DNA of 64,000 nt from Bacteroidia bacterium (lineage in GTDB: Bacteria; Bacteroidota; Bacteroidia; UBA7662), in the NCBI GenBank assembly GCA_049431025.1, contig JBMTCP010000009.1, positions 4,228 through 68,227 on the forward strand. Reading direction: 5' to 3'. Below are positions 27,330 to 36,648 of the stretch, in pieces. The translations under genes and the position numbers were made by a program. The stretch's first letter is position 1; every line of letters starts with the position of its first letter. The notes under the pieces were generated by a model, which saw only the letters and a list, made by a program, of their open reading frames with translations, did not search any database and was not told where the DNA came from.

Positions 27330-28229
27330 TTAGGCCTGAACCGTCTTGGCTTGACGGGGATGAAGATGCCGTTCAGCATGGTAGGAAGATCGCACCAAGG
27401 GTCCGGCTTCGACCCAATCCAAGCCCATGGCCATGCCCCAGGAAGCATATTCTTCAAATTGCTCCGGATGGATATAGGCATGGACAGGCAAATGGTTTTT
27501 GGTAGGTTGCAAATATTGGCCAATGGTCACGACGTCCACTCCGCATTGTTGAAGGTCTGCCAAAATACCACGGACTTCTTCGGGGGTTTCTCCCAATCCT
27601 ACCATGAAACCGGTCTTGGTCCGTAAACCGGCTTTTTTGATCCGTGCCAATTGCTCCAAACTGCGCTCATAGCGAGCTTGCGGTCGAACGGTTCGGTACA
27701 AGCGGGCGATGGTTTCCATGTTATGGGAAACCACTTCGGGCCTTGAATCCAAAATTGTGTTTAAGGCATCCCAATGACCTTTGACATCCGGGATGAGGGT
27801 TTCCATGGTTGTACTTGGTGATAGGTGACGAATTTCGCGGACCGTTGCAGCCCAAACACCTGCACCGCGATCCGGTAATTCATCCCGGTTCACCGAGGTG
27901 AGGACTGCATGCTTAACCTCCATGCGCTGGACGGCCTCGGCTACCCGGTATGGCTCTTCCAAATCCAATACGCCTGGGCGACCTGTTGCTACCGCACAAA
28001 AAGAACAGGCCCGGGTACATACATTACCCAAGATCATAAAGGTGGCGGTTCCAGCCCCCCAGCACTCTCCCATGTTGGGACAATTACCACTTTCGCAAAT
28101 GGTATGCAGTTTGTACTGGTCCACCAAACCACGGACCTTACGAAATTCCGGGCCGGTAGGCAGTTTGACCCTTAACCACGAAGGTTTACGGACAGGCTGT
28201 TGTTCTATAGAAAGGGTATCCTCCATCAC
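27330..28229 (-). CDS. lipA: Lipoyl synthase
   Basis: [20 protein letters not shown] radical SAM motif, VRSSYHA. Confidence 0.97.
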   Translation of the reverse strand: MMEDTLSIEQQPVRKPSWLRVKLPTGPEFRKVRGLVDQYKLHTICESGNCPNMGECWGAGTATFMILGNVCTRACSFCAVATGRPGVLDLEEPYRVAEAVQRMEVKHAVLTSVNRDELPDRGAGVWAATVREIRHLSPSTTMETLIPDVKGHWDALNTILDSRPEVVSHNMETIARLYRTVRPQARYERSLEQLARIKKAGLRTKTGFMVGLGETPEEVRGILADLQQCGVDVVTIGQYLQPTKNHLPVHAYIHPEQFEEYASWGMAMGLDWVEAGPLVRSSYHAERHLHPRQAKTVQA

Positions 28230-28233
28230 GACC

Positions 28234-28241
28234 CAAAAATA
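28234..28241 (-). promoter_or_regulatory. -7 promoter box for the lipA operon
   Basis: TATTTTTG only 4-7 nt upstream of the GTG/ATG start. Confidence 0.55.
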
Positions 28242-28268
28242 CGGCTCCGCCTTGATGAATAAGGAACG

Positions 28269-29096
28269 TTAAAATCTTCTGCCCATTTGGTAGGACAAAT
28301 ACACACAGGCCAAAAGGGGCGTTCGATCCACAAAGGCCATGACCGTCAATGGCTTGATATAAACACCCCCCATCAATCCTATTTCAACGGACATGGGAGC
28401 TTTCCGTTGCTGCCCCCATTGAGCGACCAAGCCACCTTTGGCATAAAGACCAGGAACAACCCCCAAACTGTCAAAACCTTTGAAGAAAGAAGATGCCCCG
28501 GCAATATTTCCTGCATTGTGCCTGGTGGGTTCATAGGCTTCGGCACGTTGGATAAAGGGTTGGTCTTTGGAGGTTTCAGGATCTTCGTTAGCGTAAATGA
28601 TTTGCAAATAAACCGGTTTGAGCAAAGCCAAACTCAAACCTGCTGACCAGGTTCCTCTCAACTCAACGCCGTGGTGTAAACCTCTTTCCATCCACAAATA
28701 CGAAGTTCCCCATCCCGCTTGGAAGGAAAAAGCTTCGTTAAGCAAGCCCGGGGTATACGCACTCCCCCGATCATCGGAATTGGCTTGCGTTTTGAAAGCG
28801 TTGGGGTGTTTCCAACGAAAAAGCGATACCTCAACCTGGGATTCGGTCGCAAAGGTGCGGTTTTGTATCCATTTGCCACCCAACCACCAACCGGAACTGT
28901 GCAGTCCTCCCCCGAGGCTATAACCGTTATAAAACTCCGGTAAAGAACCAGCATTCCTTTGCTCCCATTCCAAACTACCAAAAAACTCATTGGTCTGAGC
29001 TTGAACAACCCCTGTCCCCAAAACCATGCAATAAACCGACGACAACAGGTAAAAAATCCGTTGAAGTCGTGGGTAAGGACTACGAGGGGTAGTCAT
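28269..29096 (-). CDS. Hypothetical outer-membrane beta-barrel protein
   Basis: Signal peptide; alternating amphipathic strands; C-terminal YLSYQMGRRF with terminal Phe. Confidence 0.65.
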   Translation of the reverse strand: MTTPRSPYPRLQRIFYLLSSVYCMVLGTGVVQAQTNEFFGSLEWEQRNAGSLPEFYNGYSLGGGLHSSGWWLGGKWIQNRTFATESQVEVSLFRWKHPNAFKTQANSDDRGSAYTPGLLNEAFSFQAGWGTSYLWMERGLHHGVELRGTWSAGLSLALLKPVYLQIIYANEDPETSKDQPFIQRAEAYEPTRHNAGNIAGASSFFKGFDSLGVVPGLYAKGGLVAQWGQQRKAPMSVEIGLMGGVYIKPLTVMAFVDRTPLLACVYLSYQMGRRF

Positions 29097-29108
29097 GGGT
29101 GAAAGGGT

Positions 29109-29249
29109 CTAGAGGGTGCTGGCAGGCGATGCATTAACCACAACAACGTTGGATTGGTGTGCATCGTACTGGGCATAGGCAGGACAACGACGGTGGCATG
29201 AAGCGCCCAAAAGTCCCAAAGCAATCAAGGAAAACCAAATTTTACGCAT
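29109..29249 (-). CDS. Small 46-aa lipoprotein (not in the ORF track)
   Basis: Hand-translated MRKIWFSLIALGLLGASCHRRCPAYAQYDAHQSNVVVVNASPASTL*; lipobox LGASC; TAGATTTG box at 29253-60. Confidence 0.75.
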   Translation of the reverse strand: MRKIWFSLIALGLLGASCHRRCPAYAQYDAHQSNVVVVNASPASTL

Positions 29250-29274
29250 ACCCAAATCTAAAGCCTACCAAGCA

Positions 29275-29300
29275 CAAAGCCACCCCGAAGGGTGGCTTTG
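29275..29300 (-). terminator. Intrinsic terminator of the 2358-aa gene
   Basis: 11-bp stem CAAAGCCACCC/GGGTGGCTTTG with a TTCG loop on the minus strand, about 20 nt after the stop. Confidence 0.75.
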
Positions 29301-29322
29301 CGTGGAAGAACATCGAACAGAA

Positions 29323-32300
29323 TTAATGAGCCTTTTGTACAGGAACCCGTGTCCTGTAAACACGACCGTTGGATTCCAATTCAATTTGAAGTTCATAGCG
29401 ACCGTTGGCCAGATGGCTCAAGTCCAAATTCATTTCGGTGTTCATGGAAACCGCATTCATTTGCATGTTAGCAACGGTTTTGCCCAAAACATCGACAGCA
29501 CGTACCCTGACCTCACCGGTAGCTGGTAGACTCAAATTAAGTTTGCTGACGCCGTTAGTTGGGTTGGGGTAAACACCGGCGGCCAAACCATCGTTCAAGC
29601 TACGTAGAGATGGCATACGCAATCCAACCTGGTCGTAAACCTGGGCCATTGGATCAGCCATTTCACTGCCTTCACCCAGAACCCAAGCCGTAGCAGGGAC
29701 AGAATTTTGAGCCGTAACACGCATACGGAACAAAGACTGATCGCTGTTGAGGCTGGTACCCGCAACATCAAACCAAGTCAAACGCAATTGACCTTGGTGG
29801 ATATTGTAGTCGAAACGACCACCGGGCAAGCTGGATACGACCTCTTCGATCTGAACTCCCTGCGGTATATCCAAAACAACGGTCAAGGCACCCAATTCCA
29901 AACTACGATCGACACGAACATCGAGCCATTCGGCTTGTTGGGTGGATTGAACACCCTCCTCGGCCAAGGTAAGACCGATGAACTGACGGCTGGAAGAAGG
30001 TGCATAGGAATTATTCACGTCACCCAAGCAAATACCAAACAAGTCCGTCGTCTCTTCGCTAAAGTTTAGGTTGTAGTTCTTGTTTTCAAACTTCCAATCA
30101 CCGGCAGGGAAATTATTGCGGGTTCCGTTGAATCGGTTGATGATCATCAAGGCATCCGTCGCGTTCACCAAGTTGCTCAGGTTGACATCAGCCGCATCGA
30201 GATTCAATCCGGTTACCAAACCAATCCCTTGGTAATGACGAGTAGTCGCCAAGGCATCGGTAGCGGTAATTCCACCCCAAGGCTTGTTCGTGCTGGCTGT
30301 CAACACAACAGCGCCATTTCCGAGTCCTGTTAGTGAGAAGGCACCGTTAGCACCGGTTGTTGTCGATGCTGTTGCAGCACCACTGATTGATACCGTACTG
30401 TTATCCAGCACCGATGCACCGCCCTGATAACGAAGAACACCGCTGATTTCGCTGGTAGTTAGTTCCAATGACCAATCATCGATACCGATATAACCGGCAT
30501 TGGCAACCGAATAGGCACGAATACCTAAGTAGTAAACTCCTGAAGTCGCAGGTGTAAAGCGAGCAGACCTGGACTGCCATCCCGAAGCCTGCAACGAGGA
30601 ATCGTTGTAGATCCGAGAACCTGCCAGCATCGCTGCAGAAGACCTGGCATTGGCAACATAGACCCCGAGGCGTTCACGGTTTGGTCCATTGCCTGGAGCA
30701 CGAACTTTGAAACGGAGGGTATAGGACGTACCACCAACCAAATTGTAACCGGTGGTGAAGGCCCAGTCGTTTTTGGCCGTTGTTACGGTTGGGAAGGAAG
30801 CCAAAATATTATCACCAGAGGTACTACCAATATTGGAACCGGTTAGGGCAAAAACCCTCCAGGCTGAACTGGTCGATGTTCCATTGGCACGTGTCCAACA
30901 TGGAGGAACCGCCGTACCTGTATTGATGGTGCCTCCGGTTGCTGGATACGAATCAAAGCTCTCGGAATTTGGAACATTGGACTCCAAACAAGTGGTGGTC
31001 AAGGTCACTGGTCCTACCCAAGAGGAAAATCCAACGGAACAAGATGAACGCACCCAAACATTGTAAACCGTGAAAGGCATCAAACCTGTTAGTGAAGCCG
31101 GAGAAGTTGCCGAGCTCACCGTTGGTGCCGACCCGGCATCAGGTGCAGTCGAGGAAGTGCTCACAAACAATTGATAGCCGTTAGCAGGCACTGTCGCTGG
31201 GGCAGTCCAAGAAATGGAGGCCGTCGATGAACCAATACTTCCGGCTACTACGGCAGGGGCAGTCGGCGCTGAACATGGTGGAGGATTCACAACCAATACA
31301 TTATCCAGGTACAAATTGTTACCATACTCAGAAATACCCTTGAAAGAAATACGGTTGGTATTTGCAGGAAGGTTGACTGTTTTGAGACCCCATTGTGCGG
31401 CCGTTGGCACAAAAGATCCTGTGGTTGTACCGCCGGTATTCAAGGGACCGTTAGGGCCTCCATTCATAATTTCGAGACTGTTGTAGGTCGCGCCACCGTC
31501 GGTGGAGGAAAGAATCTCTAGTTTATCAATTTCAGCGGAAGAGTAGGCGGCATAAGCGTAGTTGAAGGTTAGAACAGCGCCATTTGGATTAGCCGTAAAG
31601 GTTGGCGTATTCAAACTGTAGCTACCCGATACAATGTTATAGAACGGAATACGCATGGCAAAGGTGTCAGGCAGAGCAGGCGTCTGGTTGGACGGAGCAG
31701 AACCAGACGAGAGGCGGATGTACTGCCAGCCCGGTGTGCTACCGACGGCAAAATTCCCACTCCAACATGACACGGTTCCCTGAGCTGTTTCGAAACTTTC
31801 GAAGAAGGGAAGATTGAAGACAGAGCAGAGGGTCCGGAAACTAATCGGCCCGATCCAATTCGATTTATCGGTTGGACTGCAAACCGAACGCAGATACACA
31901 TAATGAATGGTGTTGGATGCCAATCCGGTTGCGGTGTATGGATTCGTCGTTATTGCCGTACCATTTCCTGTAGGTTGACCCACGGCGGTTTGAATGGCAA
32001 TTTCCCATTCTGTTTCGGTCCCGCCGGCATTCCATGCGAACGTAGCACCGGTTGTGGTTATACCCGAAGCAACCAATGCAGAAGGAACGGCGCATGGTGG
32101 AGGCAGTATGGTAAGGTTAAGCGTCACGATGGAATCACAACCGTTAACCGATGCGCCTGGACAAACGTTGGTATAGGTACCGGTGGCATTGTAGGTCTGA
32201 CCACAAATGGTCAACGAAGTACCAAAAGCAATCGACAGATTCACAGTTTCCGTAGCAGGTCCACGTCGTACAGAGCCATTGTTGAAGGTTGCGCCAACAA

Positions 32301-35300
32301 ACGGGATGGCATCAAAGTCAGCAATTTCACAGTTGCCGGGCGTGGCCAAATCAAAGTTGAGTGAAGCTGAATCTGTAACAACAAAACGGATTGCAAACAT
32401 TAACCCAGAGAGATCAATCGCGCTGCTTGTTGCATACCAACCGGCACGAACTTGGGTAGCCCCATTAAAGACAGCCGCGTTCACCAACATCGTTGAGAGA
32501 TCAGGATTAAGGTTAATGGCGTCTACAAATGCCAACTTAGTGGTATCGTAGTTGATAGCCAAAGAAATCGCACCGATACCTCGACCAAAGGCCATGGTCA
32601 CGGGAACCTGTACGGTATCACCGACATTACAAGCGTTGGTCGTTCCGATGGTGACACTCACAGGTGGTTCCACGGTCAAATTCAAGGTCACCACCGAATC
32701 ACAACCGTTGGCAGCTGTGCAAATCTTGGTGTAAGTTCCTGTAGCATTGTAAACCTCTCCACAAACGGTAAAGGAACCTCCGTTAGGGATGGTTTCCGTT
32801 ATCGTTGAGCTTGCGATTGGATTAACGGTCAAGGTTAAGGTTACTACGGAATCGCAACCGTTGGTAGCCACGAGAGTTTGGTTGTAAACGCCGGTGGCCG
32901 TCAAGGTCTGCGTTCCAAAGTTGTAAGACTGTCCTTGACAAATAGTAGCGCTAACTGCGGTTGCCGTACCAGAACATGGGGTCACCGATACGTTATCAAT
33001 GTATAGATTGTTCCCGTAAGCAGAGATTCCCTTGAAAGAAATCTTGTTGGTACCGACCGGAATCAACATGTTACGTGTTCCCCATTGCGATGAACTTGGA
33101 ACAAAGGATGCGGTGGTCGTTCCCCCGGTGTTCAAGGGTCCTGTCGGACCGCCATCCATGATAGACAAACTGCTATAGGTTGTGCCAGCATCGCTGGAAG
33201 CCAAGATTTCCAACTGATCAATTTCCGCCGAAGAGTAAGCTGCATAGGCATAATTGAACTTCAATACAGCAGGCGCAGTAGTCGCGGTAAAGGTGGGGGT
33301 ATTCAAGTTAAAGCTACCTGATTGAATGCCATAGAATGGAATCCGCATCGCCATGGTATCGGGCAAAGCCGGAGTTTGATTGGATGGAGCTGCACCGGCA
33401 GGAAGACGAATCCACTGCCAACCTGGCGTAGAACCGGCCGCAAAGTTTCCACTCCAACAAAAGACCGTACCCTGAGTTACTTCAAAGCTTTCGAACAATG
33501 GGGTGGCAAACGTTCCGCAAAGAGTACGAATGCTAATTGGCCCAATCCAATTGGATTTGTTGGTTGGTGAACACACCGAACGGAGGTAAACCTCATAAGA
33601 AGTGTTGGAGGTAAGGCCTGTGGCGACATAAGGATTGGCTGTGATGTTCGTGCCATTTCCAGTTGGAGCCCCTATACCCGGAGCCTGAATCGAAATCTCC
33701 CAAGAAGTTTCTGACCCACCGGCAGTCCAGGCAATCGTCGCACCCGTTTCGGTTACGGCAGAGGCCGACAAACCCGAAGGCACCTGACAGGCTGGAGGGG
33801 TGCAAGATGAAGTAAACGAACCAAACACCGAAGGCAATGGGGTCGTGGCGGTAGCCAACGAATAAACTTGAACCCCAAATGGATCCAAAATGGTAAAGCG
33901 TTTTTCTTCGGGATACGAACCAGCTGTTACAAGAACAATCTCGGTGTTTAAACCAGGACACAAGGCGATAGTAGCCGTTGCTGTTCCCCCGGAAGTGAAC
34001 CCGGAACCACCAAAGGTGCCAACCAGAATGCCGCTTTGGCGTAAACCAATCACGGTACCATCCCAACCGTCACCATAGGTGTCGGTCATATTGATGGTGT
34101 AGTTACACGTATTCGCTGCATCACAGACTGCCGTTGAGAAAGCAAAGGGTCCCGCCCATGCGCTGTTACCGCCAGAGCAAACCGTACGAACATAATACTC
34201 GTAATTGGTGGCTGAACTTAGACCAGTAGCTGTGTAGGTTGTACCCGAAACGGCAACCCCCGAACCAGCAGGGGCACCAGCACCAGCCGCTTGAATGGCT
34301 ACCTCGTAATTATTAGAAGAAGCCGAGGCGGTCCAACTAAGGGTGGCACTGTTGTTGGTAACCGAACCGGCTGTGAGTGCACTTGGCGCATCGCAGGCAG
34401 GTATGGGTTCCAAAACAAAATTATCAAAGGCCAAATCGTAATCGCCTGCCAACCACTGAGCATCAACCATAACCGCCAAATCGCCTGAACTATAGGCTGA
34501 TAAGTCGTAGGTCTTCGTGACCCAACCGGTACCGGCATCGGTAATAGAATCCAAAAGGTTGAAGGTAGATGCGCAATTGGTACCCAGACTAACCTTGAAA
34601 TTCCCCCAACCCGCTGAAGGTGCTGCATAAGGGGAGGAATAGTTTGCCACTTTGTAGTCAAACTTAAGTCGGTAACCGGCAACCATTGGCCCAAAAACGG
34701 CAGTCGTGAAGGTCCCTGTTGTAGCAGAGGACCACAAGTTTCTATATATATTGTTACCGGGATTCCCGGTTACACCCCGTGCAGAGCCTATGGTCCACCC
34801 TGTTGTTGTCCAACTCGCTGGTGCAGTGGTGGTTGCGAAGCCCTCGTTCACGGGCAAAGCAACCGATGTGCTTGTTGTAAAAGTTGCTACATTAGAACCA
34901 GGTGTGGTATTGTAATAATAATCAAAAGGTGCTGCCGCCCCACAGCGATTGTAATCAAACACTGCTGTGTAATACGTAGTTCCGCAGGTCAAGCCCGTAA
35001 TTGAAACCGAAGTTCCGGTTCCATCAAACACTATTTGCTGACCTGAACCAGAATAAACTGTATTCGCCGTAACGGCAGGGCCAGATCCACTCGAAGGATC
35101 AACAATGGGCGCATTAGAAATAACAACCATCCTACGTGATCCCGTTCCTGCGGTCCAAGACAAAGCCAAAGAACGCTGACTTGTTGATGTTGCAGTCAAT
35201 GCTGTTGCCTGGGTTGCTGGTGAGCCAGGGGGATCAACCTGAGCTACCGAGGAATAGGCTACCTGTGAACTCGCTGAGCAAGTTGTTGCAAGGCGATATT

Positions 35301-36399
35301 GAATTGAAGGCCCATTAAAGACAGGGGGTGTGTAAACCAGTGTTGTCGAATTGCTTCCTCCAACTGCGTTGACCCAGGTCTGACCTCCGTCAGTTGATTG
35401 CTCCCATTGATAGGTAAATCCAATAAAGCCAGGAGTCTGGCCCGTAGAAGTCAAATTCCCTGGCGTCGAACCCAAACAAATGTTCTGGATAGCAGGTGTT
35501 ACGGTTGATGCCGCTGGTGTACCTGAACAAACCAAAGGAGGTGAAAACGTCAATGTGGTGCCCGAAGGAGGCAGTACGGTAGGACTATAGGTCATCGAGT
35601 TAGAGGCACCTGTACTCATGGAAGGCGAAGTCCATGATGTTGTGGATGTAATACCTCTGAAATTACTCGCGGTGGAAAGAGGCTGACCACGCAGTCCAAC
35701 CTGTGCCGTTGATGATGAACCATTGGTAGTCATTGTACCATAGGCAATTACAACGTTATTAGTCCCTTCGTGGAGCTGAATTTGAAAATTCAGACTCTCC
35801 ACCAGTGTAGTGGATGTAGAGTATTTACGGTAGTTTTTCCATTGGACGATACATTTCCTGTTGGGTGCATCTCCAATGGTCTCGATACGCAATTCAGCCC
35901 CCGTTTGACCTTGTAGATCACGGCCAAAAGCTGAAATCCTGGCCGCTAAATCTGTGGGGGTAACCACGGTGCTGGTTGTGTATGAAATTGGAGAAGATGA
36001 ATTAGCAACCGCATTACAGGAGGGAGTAACCGAAGATGTACCCAAAAAAATCCAACCGTTAGAATTCACGGCCACTTGATCAAACGTGTATCCGTTAAAA
36101 ACAAAATTGAATCCTATTGGAAATCCTGGCCCGCTGGAAACGATGGTCGAACCAGCGAGAACAGCGGGATCTACGAAGCGATGGTCGTCGTTGGCGCTAG
36201 TCCCGAGTAGAGTACCACCAGTAATTTCGCTGTAGGGCAAATTTGTATTCGTGTAACCGTAGGACGAAACCTGGGCATGAAGGTCCTTGGAAGACCACAG
36301 GAAGGCAACGGCACATAAAACAGCCAAAAAACTGCTTTGGAGGCGTATCCCCAACCATTTTGGGTCGTTGAAAACGCGAGCGAGGTACTGATTTTTCAT
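29323..36399 (-). CDS. Giant T9SS-secreted adhesin-like protein: FN3 repeats, cleaved-adhesin/MAM-like domains, GCDS-type repeats, cohesin-like, dockerin-like, T9SS CTD
   Basis: Signal peptide; multiple C..P...W...GL...T.Y..Y.R..C FN3 units; ESFE...IDNV adhesin domains; NGCDS(V/I)VTL.LT repeats; GDTVQVPV...INYDTTKL cohesin; AADVNLSNLVNATDAL; VYPNPT...GRYELQI CTD. Confidence 0.85.
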   Translation of the reverse strand: MKNQYLARVFNDPKWLGIRLQSSFLAVLCAVAFLWSSKDLHAQVSSYGYTNTNLPYSEITGGTLLGTSANDDHRFVDPAVLAGSTIVSSGPGFPIGFNFVFNGYTFDQVAVNSNGWIFLGTSSVTPSCNAVANSSSPISYTTSTVVTPTDLAARISAFGRDLQGQTGAELRIETIGDAPNRKCIVQWKNYRKYSTSTTLVESLNFQIQLHEGTNNVVIAYGTMTTNGSSSTAQVGLRGQPLSTASNFRGITSTTSWTSPSMSTGASNSMTYSPTVLPPSGTTLTFSPPLVCSGTPAASTVTPAIQNICLGSTPGNLTSTGQTPGFIGFTYQWEQSTDGGQTWVNAVGGSNSTTLVYTPPVFNGPSIQYRLATTCSASSQVAYSSVAQVDPPGSPATQATALTATSTSQRSLALSWTAGTGSRRMVVISNAPIVDPSSGSGPAVTANTVYSGSGQQIVFDGTGTSVSITGLTCGTTYYTAVFDYNRCGAAAPFDYYYNTTPGSNVATFTTSTSVALPVNEGFATTTAPASWTTTGWTIGSARGVTGNPGNNIYRNLWSSATTGTFTTAVFGPMVAGYRLKFDYKVANYSSPYAAPSAGWGNFKVSLGTNCASTFNLLDSITDAGTGWVTKTYDLSAYSSGDLAVMVDAQWLAGDYDLAFDNFVLEPIPACDAPSALTAGSVTNNSATLSWTASASSNNYEVAIQAAGAGAPAGSGVAVSGTTYTATGLSSATNYEYYVRTVCSGGNSAWAGPFAFSTAVCDAANTCNYTINMTDTYGDGWDGTVIGLRQSGILVGTFGGSGFTSGGTATATIALCPGLNTEIVLVTAGSYPEEKRFTILDPFGVQVYSLATATTPLPSVFGSFTSSCTPPACQVPSGLSASAVTETGATIAWTAGGSETSWEISIQAPGIGAPTGNGTNITANPYVATGLTSNTSYEVYLRSVCSPTNKSNWIGPISIRTLCGTFATPLFESFEVTQGTVFCWSGNFAAGSTPGWQWIRLPAGAAPSNQTPALPDTMAMRIPFYGIQSGSFNLNTPTFTATTAPAVLKFNYAYAAYSSAEIDQLEILASSDAGTTYSSLSIMDGGPTGPLNTGGTTTASFVPSSSQWGTRNMLIPVGTNKISFKGISAYGNNLYIDNVSVTPCSGTATAVSATICQGQSYNFGTQTLTATGVYNQTLVATNGCDSVVTLTLTVNPIASSTITETIPNGGSFTVCGEVYNATGTYTKICTAANGCDSVVTLNLTVEPPVSVTIGTTNACNVGDTVQVPVTMAFGRGIGAISLAINYDTTKLAFVDAINLNPDLSTMLVNAAVFNGATQVRAGWYATSSAIDLSGLMFAIRFVVTDSASLNFDLATPGNCEIADFDAIPFVGATFNNGSVRRGPATETVNLSIAFGTSLTICGQTYNATGTYTNVCPGASVNGCDSIVTLNLTILPPPCAVPSALVASGITTTGATFAWNAGGTETEWEIAIQTAVGQPTGNGTAITTNPYTATGLASNTIHYVYLRSVCSPTDKSNWIGPISFRTLCSVFNLPFFESFETAQGTVSCWSGNFAVGSTPGWQYIRLSSGSAPSNQTPALPDTFAMRIPFYNIVSGSYSLNTPTFTANPNGAVLTFNYAYAAYSSAEIDKLEILSSTDGGATYNSLEIMNGGPNGPLNTGGTTTGSFVPTAAQWGLKTVNLPANTNRISFKGISEYGNNLYLDNVLVVNPPPCSAPTAPAVVAGSIGSSTASISWTAPATVPANGYQLFVSTSSTAPDAGSAPTVSSATSPASLTGLMPFTVYNVWVRSSCSVGFSSWVGPVTLTTTCLESNVPNSESFDSYPATGGTINTGTAVPPCWTRANGTSTSSAWRVFALTGSNIGSTSGDNILASFPTVTTAKNDWAFTTGYNLVGGTSYTLRFKVRAPGNGPNRERLGVYVANARSSAAMLAGSRIYNDSSLQASGWQSRSARFTPATSGVYYLGIRAYSVANAGYIGIDDWSLELTTSEISGVLRYQGGASVLDNSTVSISGAATASTTTGANGAFSLTGLGNGAVVLTASTNKPWGGITATDALATTRHYQGIGLVTGLNLDAADVNLSNLVNATDALMIINRFNGTRNNFPAGDWKFENKNYNLNFSEETTDLFGICLGDVNNSYAPSSSRQFIGLTLAEEGVQSTQQAEWLDVRVDRSLELGALTVVLDIPQGVQIEEVVSSLPGGRFDYNIHQGQLRLTWFDVAGTSLNSDQSLFRMRVTAQNSVPATAWVLGEGSEMADPMAQVYDQVGLRMPSLRSLNDGLAAGVYPNPTNGVSKLNLSLPATGEVRVRAVDVLGKTVANMQMNAVSMNTEMNLDLSHLANGRYELQIELESNGRVYRTRVPVQKAH
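31273..33789 (-). repeat. Internal duplication of an ~270-aa FN3 plus adhesin-domain unit (about 32974-33789 and 31273-32094)
   Basis: Shared strings VYLRSVCSPT.KSNWIGPIS, APSNQTPALPDT.AMRIPFY, FNYAYAAYSSAEID, GPLNTGGTTT, ISFKGIS.YGNNLY.DNV. Confidence 0.9.
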
Positions 36400-36648
36400 G
36401 GGTGATGGTTTTGTGGACAGGTTTATGGAACGTATTTGTCAGTTCAATGAAGGGATATTTGAAGGACAGAAATTAGTTAGGTGGATAAATTTAGGAACAA
36501 TTTTTGATTATCAAATAATAAATCCACTTTTTCTTGGAGGTTATCCAAAGTTTAGAAGAAGGCAAAAAAGCAAGAGTTCGGCTGGGAATTTGCGTTTACG
36601 TCCCAGAAACGCGATTTTGAGGCCAAAAACCTCCGCCGCGGGCCTTAT

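Noticed and set aside
31273-33789. Diversity-generating retroelement template/variable repeat pair
   Set aside because: Both copies are in-frame coding domains, differences do not look adenine-specific, and there is no reverse transcriptase
36400-36648. ORF 36398-36652 or a regulatory RNA upstream of the giant adhesin
   Set aside because: AT-rich intergenic DNA with no convincing coding signal or stable structure seen
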